A DNA stretch of 64,000 nt. Source: an uncultured virus (IMG/VR IMGVR_UViG_3300025881_001848) (lineage: Duplodnaviria; Heunggongvirae; Uroviricota; Caudoviricetes). The notes under the pieces were generated by a model. It was given only the letters and a program-made list of their open reading frames with translations. It made no database searches and was not told where the DNA came from. This document shows, one piece after another, positions 9,557-18,490 of this stretch (position 1 is the first letter of the stretch; each line of letters opens with the position of its first letter). The position numbers were made by a program, and so were the translations under genes. The stretch lies in IMG/VR virus record IMGVR_UViG_3300025881_001848. One strand, written 5' to 3'.

Positions 9557-10351
9557 ATGAACGTATTACGAAAAGCGTTGGCGGTTGCTTCACTATCGCT
9601 TCTTATGGCATCGGCGCATGCTGATATTATTTCACTTGATTGGAATGAAGCAGGGGACAATAAAGCCTTTCTTGATTCGGATGCAGGTCTTGAATGGCTA
9701 AAACTTGATGCGGCTAAGGGCATGAGTATTAATGAAGTGTCTGGCGAATTGGGTGATGGGGGCTTATTCAATGGTTGGCGTATAGCTAATAAAACGGAAG
9801 TGAGCAACTTACTCTTTCAACAAGTGATACGTTTAACGGATGCCGAATCTAACGGATTTTTCCTTAATACTAATGGCCGTTATTATGCTGATCAGAGCTT
9901 ACAAAGAACAAACGAAGCACGTCTAAATCACAATAGTGTAAAATTTGGATGGATGAACTTGTTTGGCGCAACCTATTCAACTTCGAGTACGACTCGGGTG
10001 GATGAACAAGACACATTAACTGGTTTATATGAGAATGATTCTATAGATCCTGCCATTCAGGGTGATATACTGCGAAGTATTACTAGGACAAGAAAGTACA
10101 ACAACTTTTATACGTATTACTCTGCGCGTATTGACCATGATTATAACGACGCTAACATCACACGTGACAGCAAAAGCGCCAACGCTAGTGTGTTTTTGAT
10201 ATCAGATGGCGGTGCGACGCTAAGCAGCCAACTTGATCCTACCTTAATGGAAAACAACCCTAATTATGCAACAGCGGTGTCGGAGCCTGGGGCAATGCTT
10301 TTATTGGGTGCCGGTTTATTCGGTTTGATGATGGCTAGACGCAAGGCGTAA
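9557..10351 (+). CDS. Secreted PEP-CTERM-type (VSEP variant) surface protein
   Basis: Signal peptide ending SAHA; C-terminus AVSEPGAMLLLGAGLFGLMMARRKA (sorting motif, TM, basic tail); start moved to ATG 9557. Confidence 0.85.
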   Translation: MNVLRKALAVASLSLLMASAHADIISLDWNEAGDNKAFLDSDAGLEWLKLDAAKGMSINEVSGELGDGGLFNGWRIANKTEVSNLLFQQVIRLTDAESNGFFLNTNGRYYADQSLQRTNEARLNHNSVKFGWMNLFGATYSTSSTTRVDEQDTLTGLYENDSIDPAIQGDILRSITRTRKYNNFYTYYSARIDHDYNDANITRDSKSANASVFLISDGGATLSSQLDPTLMENNPNYATAVSEPGAMLLLGAGLFGLMMARRKA

Positions 10352-10390
10352 TACACGCTAGGCGTTATCGCTAAACATAATCCACAGTAT

Positions 10391-10414
10391 AAAGGGGCGA
10401 TCAGCCCCTTTTTT
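10391..10414 (+). terminator. Rho-independent terminator
   Basis: AAAGGGGC-GATCA-GCCCCTTTTTT. Confidence 0.75.
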
Positions 10415-10500
10415 AGGGCTTAAAACAAAATAAAAGATTGACAAAATATCTCAATTTGATAATATAACCCTATTGAAACGCACACACAAAGGCACATATT

Positions 10501-10752
10501 ATGAGTCAGCAATTAGCACTAGGCGAACAAATCGAAACTATCATCCTCGCCAGAAAAGATATGCCATTTGGTCAGTATATGGGATCGTCTGCCGTGACCT
10601 TTGGTGCCGCTCGTATTAATGGTGTTATCTACAAGATTAAACGGAACCTTGATGTGACTCAAAATTGGTTTTGGAAGGTGTTAAACGTCAATACGGGTAA
10701 TGAAGTGACATTGCAAGGACAATACGACTTACCATGCCTTAATAAGGCTTAG
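10501..10752 (+). CDS. Hypothetical protein
   Basis: Follows repeated promoter (10438) and CACACACAAAGG. Confidence 0.65.
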   Translation: MSQQLALGEQIETIILARKDMPFGQYMGSSAVTFGAARINGVIYKIKRNLDVTQNWFWKVLNVNTGNEVTLQGQYDLPCLNKA

Positions 10753-10761
10753 GAGATTATC

Positions 10762-11079
10762 ATGACGCAACCACAAACAAACTTAGTCGGTGCTAACCCT
10801 ATCTTTATAAATGTCGAAGGTGCGCCGGTGACTATTGGCCAGAAACTTGAAATAAAGGATCTCATAGACCGCAGCACTCTTGACTATATTGATATAGGCG
10901 ATCATGATGACCTAGATGACGCTATCGATGCGCTGATCGGTCAACAAGGTGTCGTTGAGTATTTAGAATATGAATGTGGCTGTGGCCAGATTTATCCGCA
11001 CGAACCGATGATAGGTATTAAGCTTGATAGCGGTGATAAACACGAGTTTTGGTTTGAAGAATTAAAGGAAGTTTCCTAA
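10762..11079 (+). CDS. Hypothetical acidic protein
   Basis: AGGAG RBS; 105 aa. Confidence 0.7.
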   Translation: MTQPQTNLVGANPIFINVEGAPVTIGQKLEIKDLIDRSTLDYIDIGDHDDLDDAIDALIGQQGVVEYLEYECGCGQIYPHEPMIGIKLDSGDKHEFWFEELKEVS

Positions 11080-11498
11080 TGAGCGAGATTACCAGTACCC
11101 CATTTTCACAGTGGTCACAAAAAGGTGAAGCTGATCCCCATGGACTGCATTATCAAGGTGATGATGCAAAAATTGCGATGAAAGATAAACCTTGTAGAGT
11201 AGTCGCGGAGTTATTCCCTGCGATGGCGGGTACGTTGATGGGTATAGCGTGGTTAACGACCGCCAAAGAGCGTCTTAGATGGCTTTCTCGCAAGCTATAC
11301 CGCTTAAGTGATGAACATGTTGGCTTAAATGAAAGGCGTGCTCAAACGCCAAGAGGCGAGCTTACAGATGATGAGTTGGCGAATGCATTTTTCATGTCAG
11401 AAAGCAAAGATGATATGGCCGCAGGTAAGGCGCGTATTTTGTGGTTGTTGTCCGAGATAAAAGCGCTTGATGCGCCCAAGCAATTCGCTAAACAATAA
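11079..11498 (+). CDS. Hypothetical protein with internal duplication
   Basis: AKERLRWLSR versus GKARILWLLS; TAATG coupling. Confidence 0.65.
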   Translation: MSEITSTPFSQWSQKGEADPHGLHYQGDDAKIAMKDKPCRVVAELFPAMAGTLMGIAWLTTAKERLRWLSRKLYRLSDEHVGLNERRAQTPRGELTDDELANAFFMSESKDDMAAGKARILWLLSEIKALDAPKQFAKQ

Positions 11499-11703
11499 TA
11501 TGGTATTAAGGAAATTATATGGGTAAGCAATACGAGTCACTAGTGGAAATAAACACCACCGTAAGATTTGAAGATGATGGCAGTGGCCGTCCCCTAGAAG
11601 AGCAAGCTATTGAGCATGCAAAATTAATAAAAGCCATGCCTGATGATGTGCATATAGAAGTGAAGCCAAGTTGGGTAGAAGAGGTGGTGGAATAAGAGTA
11701 GTT

Positions 11704-11741
11704 TTAAGTGCTGACGCGCACGAATACTCGTCAGCACTTAA
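11704..11741. terminator. Strong hairpin between convergent transcription units
   Basis: TTAAGTGCTGACG...CGTCAGCACTTAA. Confidence 0.6.
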
Positions 11742-11783
11742 GGCTTTAAGCCGACTAAAAACTCCGTTTAGGGGGTTTTAGAC

Positions 11784-11855
11784 TTAACGGCGGTTGCCCC
11801 ATAATTGAGATCCACCAGCCACTTGCTTTTGGGTATTGACGTTTACTTTTTTCAT
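11784..11855 (-). CDS. Double-glycine leader peptide precursor 1: MKKVNVNTQKQVAGG|SQLWGNRR
   Basis: 23-aa ORF read manually; AGGTGA RBS; immediately downstream of the PCAT; three paralogs nearby. Confidence 0.85.
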   Translation of the reverse strand: MKKVNVNTQKQVAGGSQLWGNRR

Positions 11856-12028
11856 AATAATCACCTGTAATAAAAATTAACGCATTTTTAGATGCGACTT
11901 GCCGACATTTCGACAAGATTGACAAACAGCGCTTTTACGCCCTGCTGAATAAAAAAATATCACAATCTAAGCTTAATTCTTCGCCACACATTTGTTTTTT
12001 GTAACTGTTACGGAAAAAACACACATTT

Positions 12029-14152
12029 TTATTCCCTCTTAATGTCCAATAAATCAATCACCCTGTCGGCGGTGTCAATAGTCTCTTTCCTATGCGCGAT
12101 ACTGATGCGCGTAATATTCATTTCGCTCAGCGTGGCTGACACTTTTATTTCCATTTCAGGGTCGAGTGCGGATGTGGCTTCGTCCATAAAAAGAATAGTG
12201 GGATTGGCATATAAGGCTCTGGCAATCAATATTCGTTGCACTTGCCCACCGCTTAATGATGAGCTGTGACTACCCGCTATTAAAGTATGAAACTGCATGG
12301 GCATGTTTGTAATCTCATCGAAGATGTGTGCTTTTTTCGCGGCCTCATACACTCTTTTTTCATCAATGGTGGAGGATGCAAAAGCGATATTTTCTAACAA
12401 GCTACCGGATATTAACCCTTCTTGCTGACTGATGATAGCCACGTGTTTACGGTAATGCTGATGCCCGATTGACGTTAGCGGTACACCATCAATTAACACC
12501 TTGCCGGAAGAGGGGGTAATGACCCCTGCAAGCAGTTTCAGTAGTGTTGTTTTCCCAGCACCGGACTGACCGGTCAACACAACATGTTCGCCCTGGTTGA
12601 TAGTGAAGCTAATATTATCTAACACAGGAGTGTCGTTGCCATCATAGGTATACGACAGTTGATTGACGGAAACTTCTCCTTTAATGGCTTGTTTAATGTT
12701 GTTATCGCCTAACATATTGTCTTCTACCGATTCGATTTCAATGTCGGATAAGCGGTCTAAATCGACGCGCAATATTTTAAAGGTCAAGATGTTATCAATC
12801 AGTGATTTACTTTGTGTAGAGAATATTTCGCGGTAGGCAAAAAACGCAAACATCATGCCTAATGTGATCTCTTGATGCAGCACAGCCATAGTGCCCACGT
12901 AAAGGATAATAAGCCGCTCAGCATGCCCAAGTAGTTCATTATTACTTGTGTACCACAGCTTGAGTTTAAGCAATGAAACATTCGCATTCATCTTCTTTAA
13001 GTAAAAGGCTTTCCAGTATTGGTAACGAGCGCTTTCTTTGCCGTATAATTTCACTGCAAGCATGTTACTGATAGTTTCGAAAAAAGTGTGCGACTCGCGA
13101 ACACTCTCGGTAAAGAAGGTGCCGGCATGCCTGATTTCTTTTTTCACGAGGTAGGTGCGTATAAGGGCATAGACTATCAAAAATACAATCGATATTGCGG
13201 CCAATTTAGGCATGAATAAAAACATAATGGTTAAGGTGATGATGGACATTAGCCCGTCAATTAAGCCGCTAACTAACTGTTCGGTGAAGCTTTCTTTGAG
13301 CCTATCTAGGACTCTAAATTTAGTGTTGATGTCCGCGATGTTACGCGATTCAAAAAACGAAATGGGAAGGCGCACCAAGCGCTGAAAGAAGTATGAGGAA
13401 AACCCTGCATGCCAGTGGTAACCTAGCACGATTGAACCCCACCCTCGCAGCATTCGCACAAGAAAGAGGAATAAGGCCAGCCCAATGCCGCCGGCAATGA
13501 TCCCCTTGATATTGGTTTCTTCCCCCGTGGCAATAAAGTCATCCACAATAAGTTGAGTGATTAGTGGAAAAAGCATGATGATAAGCTGGGCGGCGAAGGT
13601 CAGCAATATAAGGTTAGTTAATCCTTTAGCGAGTCCGTGAGATCGTGAAAAAAGACCGGTAAAAGTGAGGGGTTTTGCACTGAGCGCGTTTTGCTGTTCC
13701 CAGTGGGTTTTGGTGGTTTCAAAGTCATCATTTTGGCCTTTCAATACTGACATCGCATAACCGGTGAAATGCTTTGAGAATTCATCGTGAGATAGGGTGC
13801 GCTCCCCGAGTGCTGGATCGTGAATGGTGCATGTCTTTTTGGTGACTGACTTAAGTGCAACGAAGTGCGTCAGATCCCAATGGATGACCGCAGGTAGGGG
13901 TAGTTCGTGAATGTGTTCCATACCAAGCTCGTACACGTCCCCGACCATCCCTTCGTTTTCGCACAACGTGGATAGGTCGTGCATGGAAGAGCCTTCCTGA
14001 CCTAGTCGGTATTTATTGCGCAGCAGTGGCAGCGTGACGGGGATCCCAAAGTGGTTGAAACACATAGTCACTGATGCTAAGCCGCATTCGGCTATCTCGC
14101 TTTGCAGTACAACGGGCATTTTCTTGGTGTTACTGAAAAATTGAATATCCAT
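12029..14152 (-). CDS. Peptidase-containing ABC transporter (C39 peptidase + TMD + NBD; CvaB/MchF-like)
   Basis: QSEIAECGLA (Cys), HWDLTHFV (His), IHDP (Asp); Walker A GQSGAGKTT, LSGGQ, ILFMDE, IAHR; likely start ATG 14152 (MDIQFF). Confidence 0.95.
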   Translation of the reverse strand: MDIQFFSNTKKMPVVLQSEIAECGLASVTMCFNHFGIPVTLPLLRNKYRLGQEGSSMHDLSTLCENEGMVGDVYELGMEHIHELPLPAVIHWDLTHFVALKSVTKKTCTIHDPALGERTLSHDEFSKHFTGYAMSVLKGQNDDFETTKTHWEQQNALSAKPLTFTGLFSRSHGLAKGLTNLILLTFAAQLIIMLFPLITQLIVDDFIATGEETNIKGIIAGGIGLALFLFLVRMLRGWGSIVLGYHWHAGFSSYFFQRLVRLPISFFESRNIADINTKFRVLDRLKESFTEQLVSGLIDGLMSIITLTIMFLFMPKLAAISIVFLIVYALIRTYLVKKEIRHAGTFFTESVRESHTFFETISNMLAVKLYGKESARYQYWKAFYLKKMNANVSLLKLKLWYTSNNELLGHAERLIILYVGTMAVLHQEITLGMMFAFFAYREIFSTQSKSLIDNILTFKILRVDLDRLSDIEIESVEDNMLGDNNIKQAIKGEVSVNQLSYTYDGNDTPVLDNISFTINQGEHVVLTGQSGAGKTTLLKLLAGVITPSSGKVLIDGVPLTSIGHQHYRKHVAIISQQEGLISGSLLENIAFASSTIDEKRVYEAAKKAHIFDEITNMPMQFHTLIAGSHSSSLSGGQVQRILIARALYANPTILFMDEATSALDPEMEIKVSATLSEMNITRISIAHRKETIDTADRVIDLLDIKRE

Positions 14153-14165
14153 ATTCTTAAGGTTC

Positions 14166-15338
14166 CTAGTGAGCGTGTCCGAAGTTAAAGAAGGTCGAGA
14201 ATAACGATTTTTCGTCAATCACAATGTCGGAATTAATGGTCATGCCGGTAGTGAGTTTTACTTCACTGGGTGACTGTTGAATGCTGGCTTTCACGACGAA
14301 ATATGCGCCTTGGCTTAGGTTGTGCGACGTGTTATTGAGCATCTTACTTGGCACCGGCAGTGACGATACGCTCTTAATGGTGGCTGTTGTTGCCCCGTGT
14401 GTGGCCGATGGGTATGCTTCCACGTTCAAGCGTATTAACATGCCTTCTTGTAGGGTGCGGTATTGGTTTGCGGGAATATACAATATCACTTCTGATGTGT
14501 CTCTTGAGGTAGATAGTGTTAGTACTGATTGTCCCGCCGATACGGGTGTGTTTGTGTCAGTGAGGATATTGTCTACAGTGCAGTCGCATGGTGAAATAAG
14601 GGTGATCCCTTTTTGCAGGTAATCCAACTTTGTTAGGTGGCGTTGTAACTTCTCGGTGTTACCATCTTTCTCATGGTGGTAGGCGTCAGATATATTGTTT
14701 TGCTGCATGTTGATGGCGTATAGTGCCGCTTGCTCTCTAATTAACGTACTCTCCATGCCGTTAACAATACGTTTTTGCGCTTCTACATCACGCATAGCAA
14801 TACTGCCTGTTTGTGCGCTTTGTGTGTACCGCGTCAGGATGTCTTTTTCAACCAATAGGTTTTTTTGAGCTTGTTTGATGATACGATTCTGGTGTACTTG
14901 TTGGCGCTCAATATTGGCTATGTTACTGGCAAAGCTGGCATCCATTTCAGAAAAGTGAGATTGAAGCGTGTCAATCTGAATAGTGATGTCCGCGATATCA
15001 TTGTCTGTTTTGTTTTGGTCGCGATCCATCAGCTTAATAAGAGCTTGGCCACGAGTGATATTTTCGCCCTCACTGACCATAATATTAACGGCGTTCATCC
15101 CAGGATCTGGCACAGTGATTTGATGGTAGTCTTTACCGGCGAGGACTTCGCCTGTCGCTTTAATGTGCACGGGTAAATGAATAAGGTTAAGTGCAGCTAT
15201 AGCAAAGCTCAAGAAGGCGAGAGCTGTAAGGGTATAGGTCGTAAAACTAGGGGGTGACTGTACTTCAAAAGGTTTATTGCCGCTGGTAAAGAAGTTTTCT
15301 ACCGCTTCTTTTCTGAAGGTCGCTTTTTCATTTTGCAT
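14166..15338 (-). CDS. HlyD-family membrane fusion (secretion adaptor) protein
   Basis: FRKEAV N-terminus, single TM, coiled coil, ISPCDCTV, AYP..HG and LTTGMTINSDI motifs; operonic with the PCAT. Confidence 0.9.
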   Translation of the reverse strand: MQNEKATFRKEAVENFFTSGNKPFEVQSPPSFTTYTLTALAFLSFAIAALNLIHLPVHIKATGEVLAGKDYHQITVPDPGMNAVNIMVSEGENITRGQALIKLMDRDQNKTDNDIADITIQIDTLQSHFSEMDASFASNIANIERQQVHQNRIIKQAQKNLLVEKDILTRYTQSAQTGSIAMRDVEAQKRIVNGMESTLIREQAALYAINMQQNNISDAYHHEKDGNTEKLQRHLTKLDYLQKGITLISPCDCTVDNILTDTNTPVSAGQSVLTLSTSRDTSEVILYIPANQYRTLQEGMLIRLNVEAYPSATHGATTATIKSVSSLPVPSKMLNNTSHNLSQGAYFVVKASIQQSPSEVKLTTGMTINSDIVIDEKSLFSTFFNFGHAH

Positions 15339-15432
15339 ATTTATGCCTAAAGTCCATTTTAGATAACGAAATTTAGCACATTAGATGATGTTGTCGGCAA
15401 TAGTTTGAAATTTTACTAGCGAGGAGAGGGTC

Positions 15433-15457
15433 GTTGGTAGCTGCGAGAGCTACCAAC
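15433..15457 (-). terminator. Hairpin after precursor 2 (terminator or stabiliser between peptide gene and hlyD)
   Basis: GTTGGTAGCT-GCGAG-AGCTACCAAC. Confidence 0.55.
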
Positions 15458-15468
15458 AAGTATGCGGC

Positions 15469-15579
15469 TTAATCAGGATCGTGAACCGGACCTCCACAAC
15501 CACATGCAGCTGATGAGCACTGCCAGTTATTGCCTGCACCTGAAACTTGCTTTTGTTTTTCTGCGCTTACTTTTTTCAT
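15469..15579 (-). CDS. Double-glycine-type (GA) leader peptide precursor 2: MKKVSAEKQKQVSGA|GNNWQCSSAACGCGGPVHDPD
   Basis: 36-aa ORF read manually; AAGGT RBS; same leader family; directly upstream of hlyD. Confidence 0.85.
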   Translation of the reverse strand: MKKVSAEKQKQVSGAGNNWQCSSAACGCGGPVHDPD

Positions 15580-15754
15580 AGTATTTACCTTTAAAGTAAT
15601 GGTACAACCCCTCATTGGATTGAATTTATAACCTATCATAATTTTCTGAGTTATTACCTTTGGTGATTGTTTTATATATCATTTTGATAAATTAAATGTT
15701 ATAATGATAATATCAAATAACCCTTATCGGGCACGTAATTTATTCGGAGTATTT

Positions 15755-17137
15755 ATGGCAGCGGCCGCAAAAATATCATTTTTGTGCGATGAGTGTGGGG
15801 AAAACCATGCGCGTTGGGTAGGACAGTGTACATCTTGTAAAGCATGGAATTCTGTTGTGGAGTTCAAAGGCGCAAAAGCCCCGAAAAAGAAAGCGGGGTC
15901 TGGCAAGGTTGGCGGGTATGCAGGTACCACTGGTGAGAGTGCAAAAATTGATGCAGTTAAATCTCAAGAGTATAAACGCATTGTGACCGGCATTGGCGAA
16001 TTTGACCGTGTGGTGGGCGGGGGAATAACGGTGGACAGTGTTAATGTTGTATCGGGCGACCCTGGGGCGGGTAAAACCACTTTATTAAGTAAAGTAATGG
16101 GTGAGATAAGTCAATCCATGCAAAGTTTGTACGTAACTGCTGAGGAAGCCGCTTCCGCTTATAAAGACAGATTCAAGTCTCGCCTAAAAGTGAGTTATAA
16201 AAATGAAAACTTTAATTTACTCTCGGAATATGATGTTGAGGCTATTTTGGCTGAGGCAGAAGCATTAGATGTGCGCTTTATGGTGGTAGATTCAATTCAA
16301 GCCTTAAAGTGCGATGATTTTACAGGCGTGGCCGGTTCTATATCACAGGTAAAGGGGTGTGCTCAAATGTTGAGCCGCTTTGCAAAACAGCATAATGTGA
16401 CGATGATCATAGTCAGTCACGTAAATAAGAATTCTGAGATGGCCGGACCTAATATACTCAAGCATATTGTAGATGGTACTTTTCATATCGAGGTAAATGA
16501 CTCAAGTATTAGAACGATAAGACCCACCAAAAACCGTTTTGGTGATGTGGACACTGTGGGTTTATTTCAGATGACCGAACAAGGCATGATGTCTGTGGAT
16601 AATCCATCAAAGATCTTTTTGTCTAGCTTGGCTGAAGATGTATCGGGATCAGCGATATGCTGCATTCGCGATGGTAATCGTAATTTACTGCTTGAACTGC
16701 AATCATTGGTGACGGACGCTGAAGGGGAATTTCCGCAACGGGTTTGTGTTGGCTTGAATATGAATAGGCTCAAGATGATTACGGCAATATTGCGTAAGCA
16801 CGGTCGGCAGCGATTTAGTCATGATGTGTACGTTAATTTGGTGGGCGGGTTGAAGTTGCCAGAGACCGACACGTCAGCGGATTTATCAATGGCCGCGTCA
16901 CTTGTCAGTTCATTGCAAGATAAGCCTTTACCTAAAGACATGTTGTGGTTAGGTGAGTTAAGTTTAAGTGGTGAAGTCAGGCCTGTGAGTGGTGGTGTAC
17001 AGCGTGTGCAAGAAGCGATTAAACATGGTTTCACCAGTATTGTGGTGCCGCATGCTAACTACCATAAAAAGATGGAAAGCGCGGGGGTTACGATTACGAA
17101 GGTAAAGACGATTGTGGATGCGATTAGTTTAATATAA
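15755..17137 (+). CDS. radA: DNA repair protein RadA/Sms
   Basis: Zn finger CDECG...WVGQCTSC, Walker A GDPGAGKTT, VVDSIQ, KNRFG, Lon-like C-terminus GELSLSGEVR; start at ATG 15755 with GGAG RBS. Confidence 0.95.
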   Translation: MAAAAKISFLCDECGENHARWVGQCTSCKAWNSVVEFKGAKAPKKKAGSGKVGGYAGTTGESAKIDAVKSQEYKRIVTGIGEFDRVVGGGITVDSVNVVSGDPGAGKTTLLSKVMGEISQSMQSLYVTAEEAASAYKDRFKSRLKVSYKNENFNLLSEYDVEAILAEAEALDVRFMVVDSIQALKCDDFTGVAGSISQVKGCAQMLSRFAKQHNVTMIIVSHVNKNSEMAGPNILKHIVDGTFHIEVNDSSIRTIRPTKNRFGDVDTVGLFQMTEQGMMSVDNPSKIFLSSLAEDVSGSAICCIRDGNRNLLLELQSLVTDAEGEFPQRVCVGLNMNRLKMITAILRKHGRQRFSHDVYVNLVGGLKLPETDTSADLSMAASLVSSLQDKPLPKDMLWLGELSLSGEVRPVSGGVQRVQEAIKHGFTSIVVPHANYHKKMESAGVTITKVKTIVDAISLI

Positions 17138-17232
17138 AGGTGCTGTGAATTTTTTAGGTTTGCAATACAGGAGGTGGGCGAGAGGTGATGGCTACCGGAA
17201 TAGCCATCATCTTTTCACTGGCAAGTAATATA

Positions 17233-17304
17233 CTAGTCAGTTGTATCCCAAATTTGAGATCCGCCAGTTACTGCTTTTTGAGTTGCTGCTGTTACTTTTT
17301 TCAT
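17233..17304 (-). CDS. Double-glycine leader peptide precursor 3: MKKVTAATQKAVTGG|SQIWDTTD
   Basis: 23-aa ORF read manually; GAAGG RBS; downstream hairpin. Confidence 0.85.
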   Translation of the reverse strand: MKKVTAATQKAVTGGSQIWDTTD

Positions 17305-17524
17305 AATAGTAAAACCTTCTATTTAGTTGTGTACTCTAATTGAGCTTTAAAAAAATATCATGTTGTTTGTGTTAATCCGTTTATTGACAGAAGCAATGAG
17401 GCTTATCGTTGAATAAACACACTTTTTTAATTTTGATATAGAGGGATTGTGAGGTTTAGGTTTGCGTAATTTAGGAGGCTAACAAGGTTGGGGTGATGGC
17501 TACCGAGATAGCCATCGTTTTTGA

Positions 17525-17596
17525 CTAGGTAACTGTGCGCCAAAGTTGTGAACCGCCATTTACTGCTTTTTGAGTTGCTGCTTTTACTTTTTTCAT
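17525..17596 (-). CDS. Double-glycine leader peptide precursor 4: MKKVKAATQKAVNGG|SQLWRTVT
   Basis: 23-aa ORF read manually; GAAGG RBS; downstream hairpin. Confidence 0.85.
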   Translation of the reverse strand: MKKVKAATQKAVNGGSQLWRTVT

Positions 17597-17841
17597 AATA
17601 GTCTAGCCTTCTGTTTACGTTAATACTCGAATTGAGTGTTAAAAATATATCATGTTGTTGGTGTCAATCCGTGCCCTCACGATACCCATCAAAATAACTA
17701 TTGATAAAACACACTTTTTTTAAACATTGGTCTAACAATAATTACTTTACCTGTCGTTAAAACCACCCTTATAAATAAAAATGATTGACAAATCAATTCA
17801 ATATGATAGTATTACCTTACTGAAATCAAAGGCGCACACAC

Positions 17842-18486
17842 ATGACTATGAACACAAACAACACACCTAATTATGAAGCTACTTTACCCGAAGTCGCGTC
17901 CTTGATAACTGAAAAACAAGCCACTGGTGAAGAAGTGCCGGTGGTAGTGCTAGGTAGAGATGATCTCACCAATGTGATGAAAGCTGCGGTTGCCCAGTAC
18001 CTACCCATGTGGGGTGATCGTGCCATCATAATGATAGATTTAATGGAGACAGTAAGGGCGCAAGATCTCGCTAAGCGTGATATCACAGACCTAGAGTGGG
18101 CAAGGCTGAACACTATTGGTTTCTTTGTGCTAAACGAAAGCGGTGACTATGTAGATATTGACGCAGAATCAATTTATGAAAGAGACGATCAAGGCTGCCA
18201 TAAATCATTTAACCTAAACATGTCGATTAATCGTGATGAAAATACGATATCTTTCCAGTTTGGCGAAAATAAGGGTGAAGGATTTGATGAGTATATTTGG
18301 TTTGCATTTAAGGTGGGTATGGATGTAGAGGCTGAATTGTTAACGCAGGTAGCGGCATTGAAAATTAAAGCGACCTCCGTGCACCAAGAGAATTTTTGTA
18401 ATGCACTTAAGTTTCACTCTGAGGCATTCAGTAACATATTATCATCTGCCTCATGTGTGGGCACGTGGTTAAACGAAAAGGTATAA
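17842..18486 (+). CDS. Hypothetical protein
   Basis: Follows repeated promoter (17785). Confidence 0.7.
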   Translation: MTMNTNNTPNYEATLPEVASLITEKQATGEEVPVVVLGRDDLTNVMKAAVAQYLPMWGDRAIIMIDLMETVRAQDLAKRDITDLEWARLNTIGFFVLNESGDYVDIDAESIYERDDQGCHKSFNLNMSINRDENTISFQFGENKGEGFDEYIWFAFKVGMDVEAELLTQVAALKIKATSVHQENFCNALKFHSEAFSNILSSASCVGTWLNEKV

Positions 18487-18490
18487 GTGT

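Larger units (their letters stand above)
17153..17720. repeat. Diverged tandem duplication (unit about 292 bp); each unit has upstream motifs, a peptide gene and a hairpin
   Basis: GATGGCTACCG..ATAGCCATC hairpins, ACTGCTTTTTGAGTTGCTGCT, TATCATGTTGTT.GTGT.AATCCGT and AAACACACTTTTTT each occur twice. Confidence 0.85.

Noticed and set aside
12042..16773. Track ORFs antisense to PCAT, hlyD and radA (12042, 14281, 14865, 15724, 15776, 16567) and similar shadow ORFs across the window
   Set aside because: They lie opposite or out of frame within well-supported genes and have no RBS or recognisable motifs
11784..17596. Calling the peptide locus colicin V/microcin, darobactin-like or arbitrium
   Set aside because: The cores are far shorter than class II microcins and no immunity gene is seen; no radical SAM enzyme is nearby; arbitrium uses Sec-exported AimP with an AimR TPR receptor, neither of which is present
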